64,000 nt of DNA, from assembly GCF_964355755.1 (NCBI RefSeq), contig NC_092672.1, forward strand, positions 20,473,237 to 20,537,236, written 5' to 3'. The notes beneath the pieces are model-generated. The model worked only from the letters and a program-made list of their open reading frames with translations. It searched no databases and had not been told where the DNA came from. Position 1 is the stretch's first letter. Each line of letters starts with the position of its first letter. This DNA comes from Antedon mediterranea (Eukaryota; Animalia; Echinodermata). The position numbers and the translations under genes were made by a program. Below are positions 1 to 13,397 of the stretch, in pieces.

Positions 1-144
1 TTTGTATCCTGTCTCAAGGCTGTCAGGTCAGGTTTTGTTCCATGTAAGTTTACAGTTTTGCTGCTACCATCGCGTCAAAGGGCGCGTTTATACAACACGC
101 ATTACACGCATATTCTACACGCCTACGAGAAGTGTGTTGTATAA

Positions 145-587
145 CCAAAGATTGTATAGCGCCGCAAGATAGGCGGACAGGTTATTATTGTGATTTAAAT
201 GTAAATGGTTTAAACTTTGCGGTCCGCCTAGAAGTATCTGTGGTTAACCTTCTTGATGAATGATTCATGGAAAAGGGAAGAAATTATGTAAACAAAGTAA
301 AATAAAAGTTTCTTTGGGATCTGGACACTTTCCGATTAATTCTGTGTGTTTACATTGATACGTTTGGTTAGACAACTTCGTTCTTTAACCGAAACATCGT
401 GGATATTGCCTTGACAACGACTTTATTCCAGTTCAAATTTGTCCGCCGGAATGGCGTCCATGGATTACAAAGGTCTCACCCAGTTACCTACGAATGGCGT
501 CCATGGATTTACTGGGCGCGTAGTGTTATAAGATAGGAGCTTGGCAACAGTTACCTATCTTGCGCCGCGGCGCTATACAATCTTTGG
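145..587. mobile_element. Small non-autonomous DNA transposon (MITE)
   Basis: 21-bp inverted termini CCAAAGATTGTATAGCGCCGC (145-165) and its reverse complement (567-587); TATAA on both flanks; no ORF. Confidence 0.7.
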
Positions 588-2999
588 TATAACAACAAAG
601 GTTATGTTTATGAACATTTAAAGTATCTGGATATGCCAGAGGTCTCTCCTGACAAGGCTAAATCAAAATTCTCCCTACCGTTTACAGACTTCTAGTTATC
701 CGGCTACTCATGGCCTTATTTTCAGCCTGATTTGCGTGATTATCTCATAAAATACATTGTTTAATCCAGCAAACTCCCCTGAGGACAAGCCAACCCTCCA
801 AATTTGCCGGGATGAGGTTGGTCCGGATAACCCAGGTGGTAGTACTCAAAAAAGTCATTAAGGGTCGTTAAGGCATGATTAATGACCCCAAAAGATGACA
901 AGTTATCCGGATACTTGCTGTTCGTAAACGGGCCCATAGAGATTCCGTGTAATGAGATTTTAATTGCAAAAAAGGCTACTTGGCTGAATCCTAAAATTTG
1001 GTGGATTCCCGGTCGCCGTTACCGTGTTGGAAGTGTCCTCAGGGTATATTTTGACCTCTCGTTAAAACAAGTCGTAATATAAATCATGTCATGCGACGTT
1101 GCTAACAAGATTGGGCCCATTTATTGCTGCTTCGCTGCCAGCAATCATCCTCCTACCACGTCTTACGCCTAGCCATAAATCAGCATTAAATAAGCCAGTG
1201 GGTAAATCTTTATGGAATTAATTCAAAAGGAAAGCAATATGCTTAACATTGAATGTGAAAGATATAACAATAAAAAAACAAGTATAGAAAAATGGGTAGC
1301 TTTAAGAAATACTATTATGTTAATATAAATTCTAATTTGCTCGATTATCAGAAAAGGAATTCACAGTGATACGAGTTACAGGTGGTGCTGATCTGATTTA
1401 ATTCGTTTTATCTTGTATATAAATACATTGTATAATCCGGGTTGTAAAATTAAAACAAACAATTGAAAATCTCACAAATTCTTTATGTGTAAAATATTTT
1501 AAAACGAAGAACATTAATGAAAATAGGAGGCAATACGGAATTCATAAATGTAAAAATGTTACTGATGAATTGTAACGACATTGGGAATTAACAAATGTGT
1601 TAAATAATATGATTTTATGTAATGACATGAGATAATATAATGAATGTGGATAAAAGTGGTGTTTGCACCACAAAAGAGAAAAAAAAAGCTATCGATGGAA
1701 TGGTGGGTACGAAATCCATGATAATTTAGTTACTTATCTAAAATAAATTCGACGGGAACCTGATTTTACAAGAGGACCTCTTATATGAGTTTGTGAGGAC
1801 TCCGTTTATAGAGGACATCTTAATATCTGTCATGTTCTAAAGACTCCTTAATATCAGTTCAAATTGATCAGTTCTTTTCTAATGAAGAATCTGGGCAATT
1901 TACAATCAAGCAACAACACCACATAATTCTACGTGAATTCTGCTGTACGTGAGCTAGCCTTAATATAATACCGCCTGATTACGGTATATAGGCCTACAGT
2001 ATTAGCTTCAGAATAAATGACGACGCATTCTACAGATATTAAAACAAAATGAAAATATTAAATTGGCTTCGTCGAAATGTTGTACCTTGATAGACAGACC
2101 CCCAAGCAGACAGCCCACATTACTGTACAGAGACAATCTGCACTGCAGCACAATCTATTGGTTTTAACTGTACACGCGGTGATTCAACTAAAAGTAGTAA
2201 AAACATTTTGGCACACAAGGCGTATCATATAATTTGCGGACCATGACCGAAGCACTTCCGCTTCGATCTATTCGACGAAAATCAAAAAAGGATAACTATT
2301 TTCTGCTTTATATTTAATTTAATGTAATAGCTTGATCTAATAACAGGCGTAACAACACAGAATACATATTGTAGTTTAATACTGGCTCAAATATGTTTGT
2401 TTTATATAAACTGTATTTTACAAAATTACAATAGAACTTCATTTTGCAATAGTACCTAATTTGGCGCCTTATCTTAGACGCCAAATTAAGTGCGGTACCT
2501 CATTTGGCAGTGGTACCTCATTTGGCGTGACAGGGGCCAACTCGTTCGTAGTGGTAGTAGGCCTCTATCATTTCCCACTCCAAACAGAAGAAAAAATAAC
2601 ATCGCAAAAATGGCATCTTCTTCCATAGTGTATAGATGAAACAATGAAACCCTTAAAATAACTTTTATTAAATGAACCGAGAACAAAATTAACACAATGC
2701 AAACGTGAACGAATACAATAATGAAAATGGTAAAAACCGCGCGAATACATCGGACAGCGAGGAGGCGACGATGATTGTTGACAACTCCGCCAATTCAAGC
2801 GATCAACGATTTGACCTTTTATCCTAGCATGCACTGCGTGTTGATGAAACTTCCGGTACAACACGGTATCGTGATTTCTAGTTTTAGTATAGTAGTACAG
2901 TAACAACAGCAAACGTTAAGGTGGGTTGACCTCGGTCCCAACAACACGCTAAAAATTAAAGCCATGTTCAAATTTAGGGTGTTGTATAAACACGACCTT

Positions 3000-3281
3000 C
3001 AAGTCAGAGGTTATTAGCGGATATTATCCTGTCTCAAGATTGTTCAAGTCAAGTTTAGTTCTAGTAGGCCTATGTAAGTTTACAGTTGCTGCTACCATCG
3101 CGTGGATATTATCCTGTCTCAAGATTGTTCAAGTCAAGTTTATGCCTAGGCCTAGGTAGGCCTAGTTTTATGTAAGTTTACAGTTGCTGCTACCATCTCG
3201 TCCAAGTCAGAGGTTATTAGCGGATATTATCCTGTCTCAAGATTGTTCAAGTCAAGTTTAGTTCTATGTAAGTTTACAGTG
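3000..3281 (+). repeat. Short imperfect tandem repeat (about 3 copies), related copy at about 6-76
   Basis: Recurring GGATATTATCCTGTCTCAAGATTGTTCAAGTCAAGTTTA...GTAAGTTTACAGT. Confidence 0.7.
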
Positions 3282-4061
3282 TTATTCAAGTTTACAAACG
3301 CTACCCAGGCTACTTTCAAATACAATTATTTGGATTTAATCGTTTTACTTTATAGTGATTTAATGTTCAATTTGTTAGCAGATAAAAGGTATGTTATTTC
3401 TACATTATATTACTCTATGTTTAGAACGAGATTATTCACACTTCTAGTTCATTCGGCGTGAGTAGCAACAAATTGACGACAATCATCACCCCTAAGTTGA
3501 AACATTGAATCAAATATCAACAAAATATACAATTGTGTTTATTTGCATGGTATCGCACACGTCATTGTCTTACAACAATTAAATAATTTTAGGGTGGGAC
3601 AGTACCTAATTATAACATTCGTATCGAGCAACCCACCAGGGATTTAGTATTATAGGTCGTAACAGCCGTCCCACCCGATCTTGGTCAGTTTTAAACATTT
3701 GAAAATAATTGAAAATCTAAACTTATACAATGTACCACAAATAACATTTTGTTGCCATAGGCTATGCCAGGCCTAATTACAAGAACAGTTCTAATATTCC
3801 AATAACGGGGCCACCAGGACGAGGAAGCTTGACACTTATTAAGCATGTGTGAATATTGTATGAATAAATATTACAATAGAACTATACTGTATGTATGTAT
3901 GCATCTACGGTGTCTCTTATTAAGCATGTGTGTTGAATTGTATATATGCTGTGTGTACAGTTATAGTTTACCGTATTTTCTACACTTAATTTCGGACAGA
4001 GACTAACTAAACCTTTTCGACATCCAGGAATTATTATAGAATATTATATATTATAGAATTG

Positions 4062-4165
4062 ATGGAGTGGAGTTGTGGCTACCAATTCAAGGGTCCTGGG
4101 TTCAAGTCCTGTCATATGTCAGGATTTTTTCTAATGACAAATTACAACTCCACTCCCAAAGGCTT
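4062..4165 (+). mobile_element. Degenerate tRNA-derived SINE head
   Basis: TGGAGTGGAG start and B-box-like GGGTTCAAGTCC (4098-4109); related to the inverted copy at 5200-5340. Confidence 0.45.
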
Positions 4166-4820
4166 GTAATAAGACTTTGTTTATGTAGAGCATAAGTTTC
4201 CTAAACAGAAAGAAAGTTATGAAGATGAGATAAATTATAAAATAAAATTAATATTAATCCCTACCGTTTCTCGACCCTCAGTCACCGAGATTAATTTGTT
4301 TAGCATTGGGAGTACATTAACATAAAGTATGTCAATTAAGGTCCAGGGACCACCAAATGGCCATTTGTAAGTTTCTATCTCTTTACCAACTTTCAAGGAA
4401 GTGGCCCAAATAAATACGCTCAAATTGAATTAGATAGTATTTATAAGCATTTATATACATCCACATCGTATTTTCGATTTGTTTGTCATCATTATCAACT
4501 GTCTTTTACGTTTTCTATTACTTTTATTTTGTTTATGTGCTTGTGGAATTAACATTTTTTTAGATGACAGAGATACCACCTAATTTCACTATCATGGGAT
4601 GCCCATTGACATCCTTATACCAATATCACCAGCGACAGACATTTTGTCTGCTGCAATAGGCCCGTCAGACTCGCCGAGGGAGGGCCTAAAAATGGGGTTA
4701 GCATAGAATAGTGAGGTACCACTCAAAATTAATGCCAAATGAACAAGTTGTGTTCATACAATACTAAATGGGTAACGACAGACTAATTGTCTGCTGCACC
4801 ACAAGTGCCAGACACCCTAA

Positions 4821-5011
4821 AGTTTGACTGGAGACCCCCTTCCCCCAACTAGCCTAGATTAGATATTGTAGATACCACCAGCAACCAAGATAGTGGTTGT
4901 CTTATAGGCCATTTCATATTCATTACAGGTTGGTTGCTGGTGGTACAGTATCTACAATATCTAAGGTTACATATGGTATACTTATGGTAAGGGGAGTCTC
5001 TAGTTAAACTT
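4821..5011. repeat. Fold-back (palindromic) MITE-like element
   Basis: Outer imperfect inverted repeat AGTTTGACTGGAGACCCCCT / AGGGGAGTCTCTAGTTAAACT and inner TTAGATATTGTAGATAC..CCAGCAACCA with its reverse complement. Confidence 0.55.
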
Positions 5012-5199
5012 TAGAGGGGTCTGCCAGGGCCAAGGATAGTGTAATAGGTCATTTCGTATTCCTTACAATGTGCTAAATCATATAACATCGGTTGCTGTCG
5101 TTGGTGATATTGGTATATATGGTATATATACATGGTTACGTAAACAAGAATAGAAAAAAAAAAATCGCTTATCGTAGAGTATATAATAAGCATCATTCA

Positions 5200-5340
5200 G
5201 TTAAACTAAGTCTCATTTGAGGCTTAGGGAGTGAAAGAGTGTGAGTTATAACCATATATGGCACTAAATCAGGATTGAACCCCGGACCTTGGGATTGGAA
5301 GGCAAACACCAACCTCCATGATACAGCTCCACTCCAATGG
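5200..5340 (-). mobile_element. tRNA-derived SINE
   Basis: Minus strand reads TGGAGTGGAGCTGTATCATGGAGGTTGG...GGGGTTCAATCC, with A/B-box-like pol III promoter spacing. Confidence 0.55.
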
Positions 5341-6109
5341 CTGTCAATGGTGAAAACATAACGGCACACAACATAACATAAACATGCTTCGTAGTTTCTT
5401 TTCTCCAACTACAATTTGGTTTCTAATTACTCCTGTAAAAAATGTGCATTATGATGATTACGTCATTTTACAGACAAAGGAAACTTTATATTATGCGTTT
5501 TCATAAATAGGTGAATAAACATATACAGTACATATTTGTTTTTTTATTGACGAGGTTGTAATAGTAACTTCAGTAACTATTACAGTATATTTATTTGTTA
5601 TACGACACGAGTCAAGTGTATCTGATAGGTACGTGCATTTATTCGAAAAAATAAGTCTAGATAGATCACTTAGGCGTCTGAAATCACGGCCCAACAAATC
5701 AGTACTCATGACATCAATTCGATCTAGTTTTGTTCACACAAATGTTTCCAGGAATTTTAACACCGCAACCAATGATTAGCCCTAAATTTAGTAAACTGTA
5801 TGATAATCCTTAGCTTAATAAGAGGTAGGCTACAGTTTAATTTGTTACTAAATAAGAGCTAGCGTTTCCGCCGATCGCCGAATATCTTACTGTATTTATT
5901 TAGTGTGGTTCTTATACTGTATAAATACAATCAACTTTATTACTGCGGTTTCATCACCACCACCCCGTGCCGCCCAATCCACATCAATTAATTGTTCTTT
6001 ATGGTATGCAGTATTCGTTATTTTGTCTTTATTTCTGAATACCCCAAATTAAGGGGACATTTCCGTTTTTGTTTAGTGTCCCAATGTCCCCGTGAGTTCT
6101 ATTGTATTC

Positions 6110-6310
6110 GAGAACACTGGATGCACATCTGAGTCATAGAAAACTTTCTGAATGATTTAAAAGAAGAAGAAAGTGCTCTTGTTGAAACTTTTAAGAAGTC
6201 TACGAAAATTAATATGACGGATAGATTACAATTTGATGAAGCTACTGTTGGATACAGTATGTATGTAAAGACAAACTTAAACCTGAACAAATACATTGTC
6301 AAAAATGTGA
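6110..6310 (+). pseudogene. Possible fragment of a Polinton/Maverick-like DNA polymerase-associated ORF
   Basis: ENFLNDLKEEESALVETFKKSTKINMTDRLQFDEATV, then frameshifted YVCKDKLKPEQ; resembles the FL..L.EE...M.MT.ED...F..AT.C.IC pattern I recall preceding the endonuclease VII-like domain of such elements. Confidence 0.35.
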
Positions 6311-8299
6311 GAAGGAAGATAAAAAATACATATCAATTTTATCCTATAAGTTTAGTGCAATTTAATTCAGTGCACAAACTGCAGTGTTCGCGGCTTTCAC
6401 GCTACAGTAATTTCACTGCAGACTTCTTACGCAGTTGTTTACCGCTTGAAAATTTGGACGCTTACATTATTGATAGGATAGTCACATTATAGCGGTGTCA
6501 TGAACACGGGATCAGATAATTCAAACACAAGTTTAATAGTACAGTAAAACAATGTTAATGCATACTGTACAAATGGTAAATATGTTATAACCGTTGTTAC
6601 ACAAAACCCTATGTGCACTACTTGTGTTACGATTACAATCTGATATAATGAAAGTTACCAGGCATAATGTGTGTAAACCGTGTGGATCTGTCTCGCTGCG
6701 TTAGTCAAATTTCCATGGACACCCAATTATTTTTCCAATTAAATATCATGTTTTGTTTAATTATATAAAACAAAATTAGACTTTTTAGTTTCCTCAATAT
6801 TTGGACTTTAAAATGATATGTGATTTTAAATTTTTTTATTTTTTTTTTTTTTATTTCATACTAAATGTATAATTAGATGTGATATTTGTATAGCCAATAG
6901 AAGACCTGATAGTCCCTCTCGACGGCGGACATGCAATATAATTTTTTTTTAAGTGCATGGACTCTACGCGTCGAAGTATGGGTGGATACACTGTAAAAGG
7001 TAGCAAAACTGTGATTTCCGACGAGATAACACATATTTAAGTGATGTGATTTATGAAATAATATGAAGCTTTCATTTCTACACATTTTACCGTTTGAACC
7101 AGATACATCCGACGATTATTAGTGGAGAAAACTAAAAAACACGCTGGAAAAGGGGGATTTTTGCACAATTTGGCCGCGTTTTCAAGGTACCGTATACAGC
7201 GCGTGTGTCGCTTTTTTACGGAATAACATTGCAATATGTAAAACGTGGTTTTTTTTTAATTATCAAAAGTGATCATTGTCACAATCTGGTCAAAAGCCAT
7301 ATATATTCTATCTCTTAGTGTACGTGAATTCTGTAATCCGATTGGTCAATAATTATGTGATGACACGTCAAATCTATCTTTGCTAATTAATACTGATATT
7401 ATAGAACTACAGTAGTAAATCAAACAAAGTTTCTTGGTGTTCATCTAGATGATAAATTATCATTTGCATATCATGTAAATTCAATCGCAAAGAAAGTTTC
7501 AACAGCTATAGGCACCATTAATAAAATAAAACGCGTACTCCCATACGAAATCCTATTAAAAATATACAACTCTCTCATATTACCTAACCTAACATATGCC
7601 ATAACACTATAGGGATCTACTGTACTAATCAAACTATTTTAAATCGTCTTTATATTTTACAAAAGAAAGCACTAAGAATTGTTTGCAACGTTCCTTTTCA
7701 TCATCCTTTTCTACCACTCTTTGCCCGCACACAAACATTAAAATTATCTGAGCTGTACCAAAAAAGTGTTGCGATACTCATGTTTAAGTTTCATCATAAG
7801 AAGTTGCCTATTACTTTTGATTCTTTCTTTGCTACAAACAATTCCAAACATAATTATGAGACAAGGGCTAAATACAAAATAGTATAGTAAGATGTACGAC
7901 TTAGAACCAGTGTAGGTATAGGGAGAATGAAGATGAAAGGAAATAGTATAGTAAACCAAACTTGACAACCTTCAATATATTTCCTGATGGAATCACTGCT
8001 TACAAAATAAATAAAACGATTAAGTTATTGTGAAATGGCCATATTAATTTACAGAAAAGTTTAATGTATCACTTTTACTATAATAATAATATTAAGGTGA
8101 AGTATAGAGAAAATGTAAACATGCTATGATACTGATAGTATAATTATTGAAATAAAAACGAAAGATGAGTTTAGTGATTAATGGTAATGATAGATGAGAA
8201 GTACGTATACAGAAAATAACAATTTATATATGAATAGGGCATATATGATTCAACCGATTCTGCTACTGTCCACAGGTGCTATCTGTATAACTATAGAAA

Positions 8300-8490
8300 G
8301 TTATCCACGTTGAACTATGATAAGTATCAACCCATGCTATGGAACGATAGGTAAAAAGAAAAGAGACGAACTCAAACTGTGATGATAGATAACCTGAGCA
8401 AATATAAAAGCAACTGAGAATAGAAAAAGATAGAAATGGAGAGCTTTGGAGGAGTGATGTGTCCTGCAGTATGGAAAAAGAAAAAAAGTG
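8300..8490 (+). mobile_element. Degenerate 3' end of an RTE-like LINE
   Basis: Broken reading PMLWNDR.KRKR...IDNL...DR.KWRAL followed by an A-rich tail. Confidence 0.35.
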
Positions 8491-9735
8491 TCATCACCAC
8501 GTATATATTTTAGAATATGCTAAAACAACTTTAACTTGTGGTCATATAAGATATCTTCGATTAATTGTGATGAATTAGATGAATTTTGGTGATGTATAAC
8601 TTTATATTTTAAATCCGAAAAAACAAAACGATTTTGAATATTGTTTACATTTTCTCACGTCTTTTTATTAATTATTTGATAGATTATAATTATTAAGACA
8701 TGGTTTAGTCCTTCTAGCCCCAAGTCTGTCGCCTGTGATATTAATAATAATTAATTAATAGGCCACAACCTTCTTATAAAATTCTGCAATTTATTACATT
8801 TAGTACATGTAGTTCTGACTTGCAGTAATCTCAACCATATGATTCTTTTTTTAGATTGATTTTTCGTAGATATTAGGCCTACATTCCTATGACTACCGTA
8901 TTTATTCGAGAATAAAGCCCATGTGGTGTTCGAAAAAGAGTATTCGAATAAATAGGCCTACACGTAGGTATTACTTTTTAAATCATTATTATATGGATTT
9001 ATAATTATATTATTAGTATTCGCATGGACTCCCATGGAATTAGGCCAACGTCACGTCAGAAATTTCCCAGGTACGTCTTCTCAAGATTATTGCAGGTCAT
9101 CTTTAATGGTCGACTGATTACGTATAATCGGCATGCAGCGGTCGTCGTTATTAGTCGTAACACATGTGGAAAGTTTTCAAGAATCAAACACGTGTCTTTC
9201 TAGCTAGGCCTAGTTATTTTACATATTTTAGTACGGTTAACTTTAGTAAGCACGATGACTGTTTAGGAGAAAAGAGTAATAATAGGCCCTACTGGACTAG
9301 CTAGGCCATTCTAACACTACCAAAAAGACAAGAATATTTTAGGCCGTAAGTACAGACAGTAGGATGCAACTCTCCTCCTAGGAGGCCGTCGCGCGTGTCC
9401 TGCTCTCCTGGACCTAGGTTCATGCTGTAGGCCTAACTATAATAGATTGATGTCTATCACATCAGTTTTCCGACTGGAGGGGGACTTAATGATTTTAAGA
9501 TTGAATGCCTGGGCCAGATCATTAAAGAAATTAACAATCTCCGTATCAAAATAGATCAAAACATTAATTTGACTATTAGTATTATTAGTATACTATTAAT
9601 ACAGGGGCTTAGGCCTAGCCTTTTTAGAGTAGTTTTTTAGGGAAATTTAAGTTTACGGGCACATACCTGTATCATAGGCTATTGACTATGCCTGTATGTA
9701 GATCGGGTAATTTACGAGATAGACATTTTACTTAA

Positions 9736-10362
9736 AGACCCCTTCCCTGCAATTTTGGACGTTTTTTGGAAAATAATACATATATATCACTTTAAAAACA
9801 TTAAACCATGTCATTCCTTGTCTTAAATGTACGTTTTATGGTAAATTATGATAAAAAGTGAGAAACAATGCACTACCTAAGTAGGTCGCGGCGATCGACC
9901 TCTCGTGGACGGTCTCGGGCCTAGCCTAGCTAGGCTTAGTTTTGTAGGCCTAGCTGGTAAACATCGGTAACGTACGAACATCGTACGCTAGCTATATACC
10001 TAGCCTGACGTTGTATAGTTGCTGCATTAATTGTCTTTCTATTTTTGCCAGACTCCGTTGATACAAATTGGGGAAAACCCGGTATTTTCGCTGAAAAGTT
10101 AGGAGTCTTCCATTTGGTTTGGCTTCACGATCGATCGAAAAGTGGGCGAATTACAGGTGAAAAACAAAAATATCAATCCGCGCGCAATGCATTTTGGGAT
10201 TTATAGCGGGCCGCTATAATTATTAAAATCGATTTATTTTTCACATTTTTTAACCGTTTAAAGACGAAAAAAGTTATCGCAATAGGACCATATAGTATTA
10301 TTTTTACATTAAATATAGTTTGTGATCTTAAATTAGATCTAAAAAACGTAGGGAATGGGGCT
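9736..10362 (+). mobile_element. Kolobok-type non-autonomous element (627 bp), TTAA target
   Basis: TTAA at 9732-9735 and 10363-10366; imperfect TIRs AGACCCCTTCCCT / AGGGAATGGGGCT; purine-purine termini; near-identical inverted copy at 57858-58483. Confidence 0.8.
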
Positions 10363-10366
10363 TTAA

Positions 10367-10982
10367 AGACACTAGTAAACCTGCAATTTTTTATGTTTTG
10401 TAAAAATAATGCATATAATATACAGTATAACTTGAAAAACATTAAACCAGGTCATTTCTTGTCTTAAATGTGCGTTTTAATTACGATAAAAAGAGAAAAA
10501 CGATGGACTACGTAAGTAACTCGCGTCGAAAGTTCTCTTGTAGACGTTTCTAGACCTAGCTTAATAGTAGGCTTAGTTTTGACTTTTGTAGGCCTAGCTG
10601 ATAAACAGCAGTAACCTACGAACATCGTACGCTATAGGCCTAGCCTGACGATGTCTTGTTGCTGAATTAATTGTCTTTCTTTCTTTGGCAGAATCCATTA
10701 ATAATACAAATTGGGGAAGAACTGGTATTTCCTCTGAAAAGTTACGGTTCTTTTAATTGTTTTCCCTTTCATGCGATCGGTCGAAGTGGGTACATCACAT
10801 CACAAAAATATAAAAATATCAATCCGCACGCGATGCATGTTGGGATTTATAGCGGGCTGCTAAAATGATTAGAATCAACTTATTTTTCACATTTCTTAAC
10901 TGCTTAAATATGTATATAGTATTAACTTTTTCATAAAATGTAGTGTGTGACCATAAGTAAAAAAAGCACAAGTCTAGTGTCT
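10367..10982 (+). mobile_element. Second Kolobok-type element (616 bp), head-to-tail with the first
   Basis: TIRs AGACACTAG / CTAGTGTCT; TTAA at 10363-10366 and 10983-10986; body colinear and homologous with 9736-10362. Confidence 0.8.
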
Positions 10983-11149
10983 TTAAAATGGACCTAAAAT
11001 GAATTTTCGATTTTTTTCATTTTGGAATGGTGTTTTGCAGTTAAACAAAACTTTATAAGTTCCTCCATTCGGCCTCACCATTGTTTTCCAGTTAAATAGT
11101 TCCACCAAGTTCTCAAATTAAATGATATGCTTAATGCAAAATGTTGATT

Positions 11150-11656
11150 CATGAACACATTGGTGCATCTATCTGGGATGTATTGTTAGGATGTTAAATG
11201 TATCTGACGCAGTTGATCTTTGATGTGCTTGTCATGAACACATTGGTGCATCTATCTGGGATGTATTGTTAGGATGTTAAATGTATCTGACGCAGTTGAA
11301 CTTTGATGTGCTTGTCATGAACACATTGGTGCATCTATCTAGGATGTATTGTTAGGATGTTAAATGTATCTGACGCAGTTGAACTTTGATGTCCTTGTCA
11401 TGAACACATTGGTGCATCTATCTGGGATGTATTGTTAGGATGTTAAATATACAGTATCTGACGCAGTTGAACTTTGATGTGCTTGTCATGAACACATTGG
11501 TGCATCTATCTGGGATGTATTGTTAGAATGTTAAATGTATCTGACGCAGTTGAACTTTGATGTGCTTGTCATGAACACATTTGTGCATCTATCTGGGATG
11601 TATTGTTAGGATGTTAAATGTATCTGACGCAGTTGAACTTTCATGTGCTTGTCATG
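11150..11656 (+). repeat. 83-bp minisatellite, 6 units
   Basis: Units start at 11150, 11233, 11316, 11399, 11487 and 11570 (CATGAACACATTGGTGCATC...); unit 4 is 5 bp longer. Confidence 0.95.
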
Positions 11657-13397
11657 CTTCCATGATTTTTAACGATTGTTGTCCACTATCTTGCATACCA
11701 TCATTAAAGGACGTTTTCTTGCATGTGCCATGAAGTCATATGATCCCTCATAGACTGTACGTTACGACAGAGTAATTAAATTGTCCGAATGTGGTTAAAC
11801 AACTTTTATATTTTTTCTAAACATCTAATAACATATTTTATTGTTACTGTATCTTGAAATATTATAAAAATAAATTACAGCCTATTATATGCAATTGCTA
11901 TCATTTAAAATATTCATGCGATCTCAAACAGTATCAAATCAAATTTATTTATGATAGAAATTTCATGATAGATTGATAATCTTTTTGAAATTGGTCTATA
12001 TAAATGTTTGGTTATTATTATTATTGTAGAATTTACAAAAGCAACAAACAATGAACGTTTAACTTTTTTTTTAATTTGCGAATTTTCTGACTTGCTGTAT
12101 TAATTTATTATGAAGCAAAGTACAGAATATAACTGTTTATAATATACTTAATAGTAGCCTCATTTATTTGTATCAAAATATGCTTCAATTAAGATGCCTA
12201 TGGGCTGACTCAGTAGCCGGTTATCTAATGTATACATTTTAGTTTTCTTATAGTTGTTTAACTTCATAGGTAGAATAATCATGTTGTCATGCTGTATGTC
12301 ATTGAATTGAATTGCTACATATATAGAACAACTTTATTAGTTTCTTTCATATGATCATTATCTTTTGTTTTTCCTGTAAACATTCAGTTGGTTAGATTTT
12401 GTCTTGTCTCTGATTATTAACTACTAATGACTTGTTTGATAATGGATTTATTCAATACCTAATTGCATATAGTAATAACATTACTGTTATCATCTTTTTT
12501 GATTTTTGCATTATATTTGGTTTTATAGTCAAACCTGTTTCAAGAGCATTATTCAACATGCATATAGATTCACGAAATGTAAAATTGTCATAATAAAAAT
12601 CATAAAGAAACCTATGTTGGATCGCATTGTACTTTATTTCACCTGTTTTTAACTGTACATGAGACAGTATGCGTTTTAAAATGGAATCCCAGAGTTCAGC
12701 TGGACTTGTTACATGATTTTTGCTGGTGGTCTAGAGCTGAATAAAAACAGTACCGGTATTAGTAAAATGTTTGGAATAATAGTGCAATTTCTGGACATAC
12801 AGAGATTCCCAAATTCCGAACCTTGTACGTGGGCTAATTTACATTTAAATCAGAGCCGAAACTAGCCCTTGATCCTCACAGTGCCTCTCTGTATTAAACT
12901 ACAAAATGATAAAATATCATCTCAAACCAATCTATTGAAAATGTAAAATCAAATCTGATAAACTCAACTAATTTTAAACTGATGATGCAATTTCTTGACT
13001 TAAGTTGTAGATTGTAGGATACCTTCCAAGCCATGTATGATAATGACATGATTTTAATCAAACATCTTTATTTTATTAATACTTTGTATGAACCTCATCT
13101 TATTCAGTGTTTGAGTATTTTTAATAATTCCAGGTAAAAATACATGTACAAAAGATCTTAACCAATCATTGTTTTTACATAAGGTACCTTGATACACCTA
13201 CCTAAAATGGTAATTCACGTTGGTTTGTAGTTCTAATCAACTATATGATAAAAACAAAGAAAACCTATGGTGTAAATTTTACAGAATATATTGAATTGCC
13301 CTGGTTATCAGATAAAAGTGTTGGTCTTTTGTACAACAATTTGCATTCAAGTATTAATATAGAAAAAGCATTATATATTTTAGATTTGTTTAGGTTA

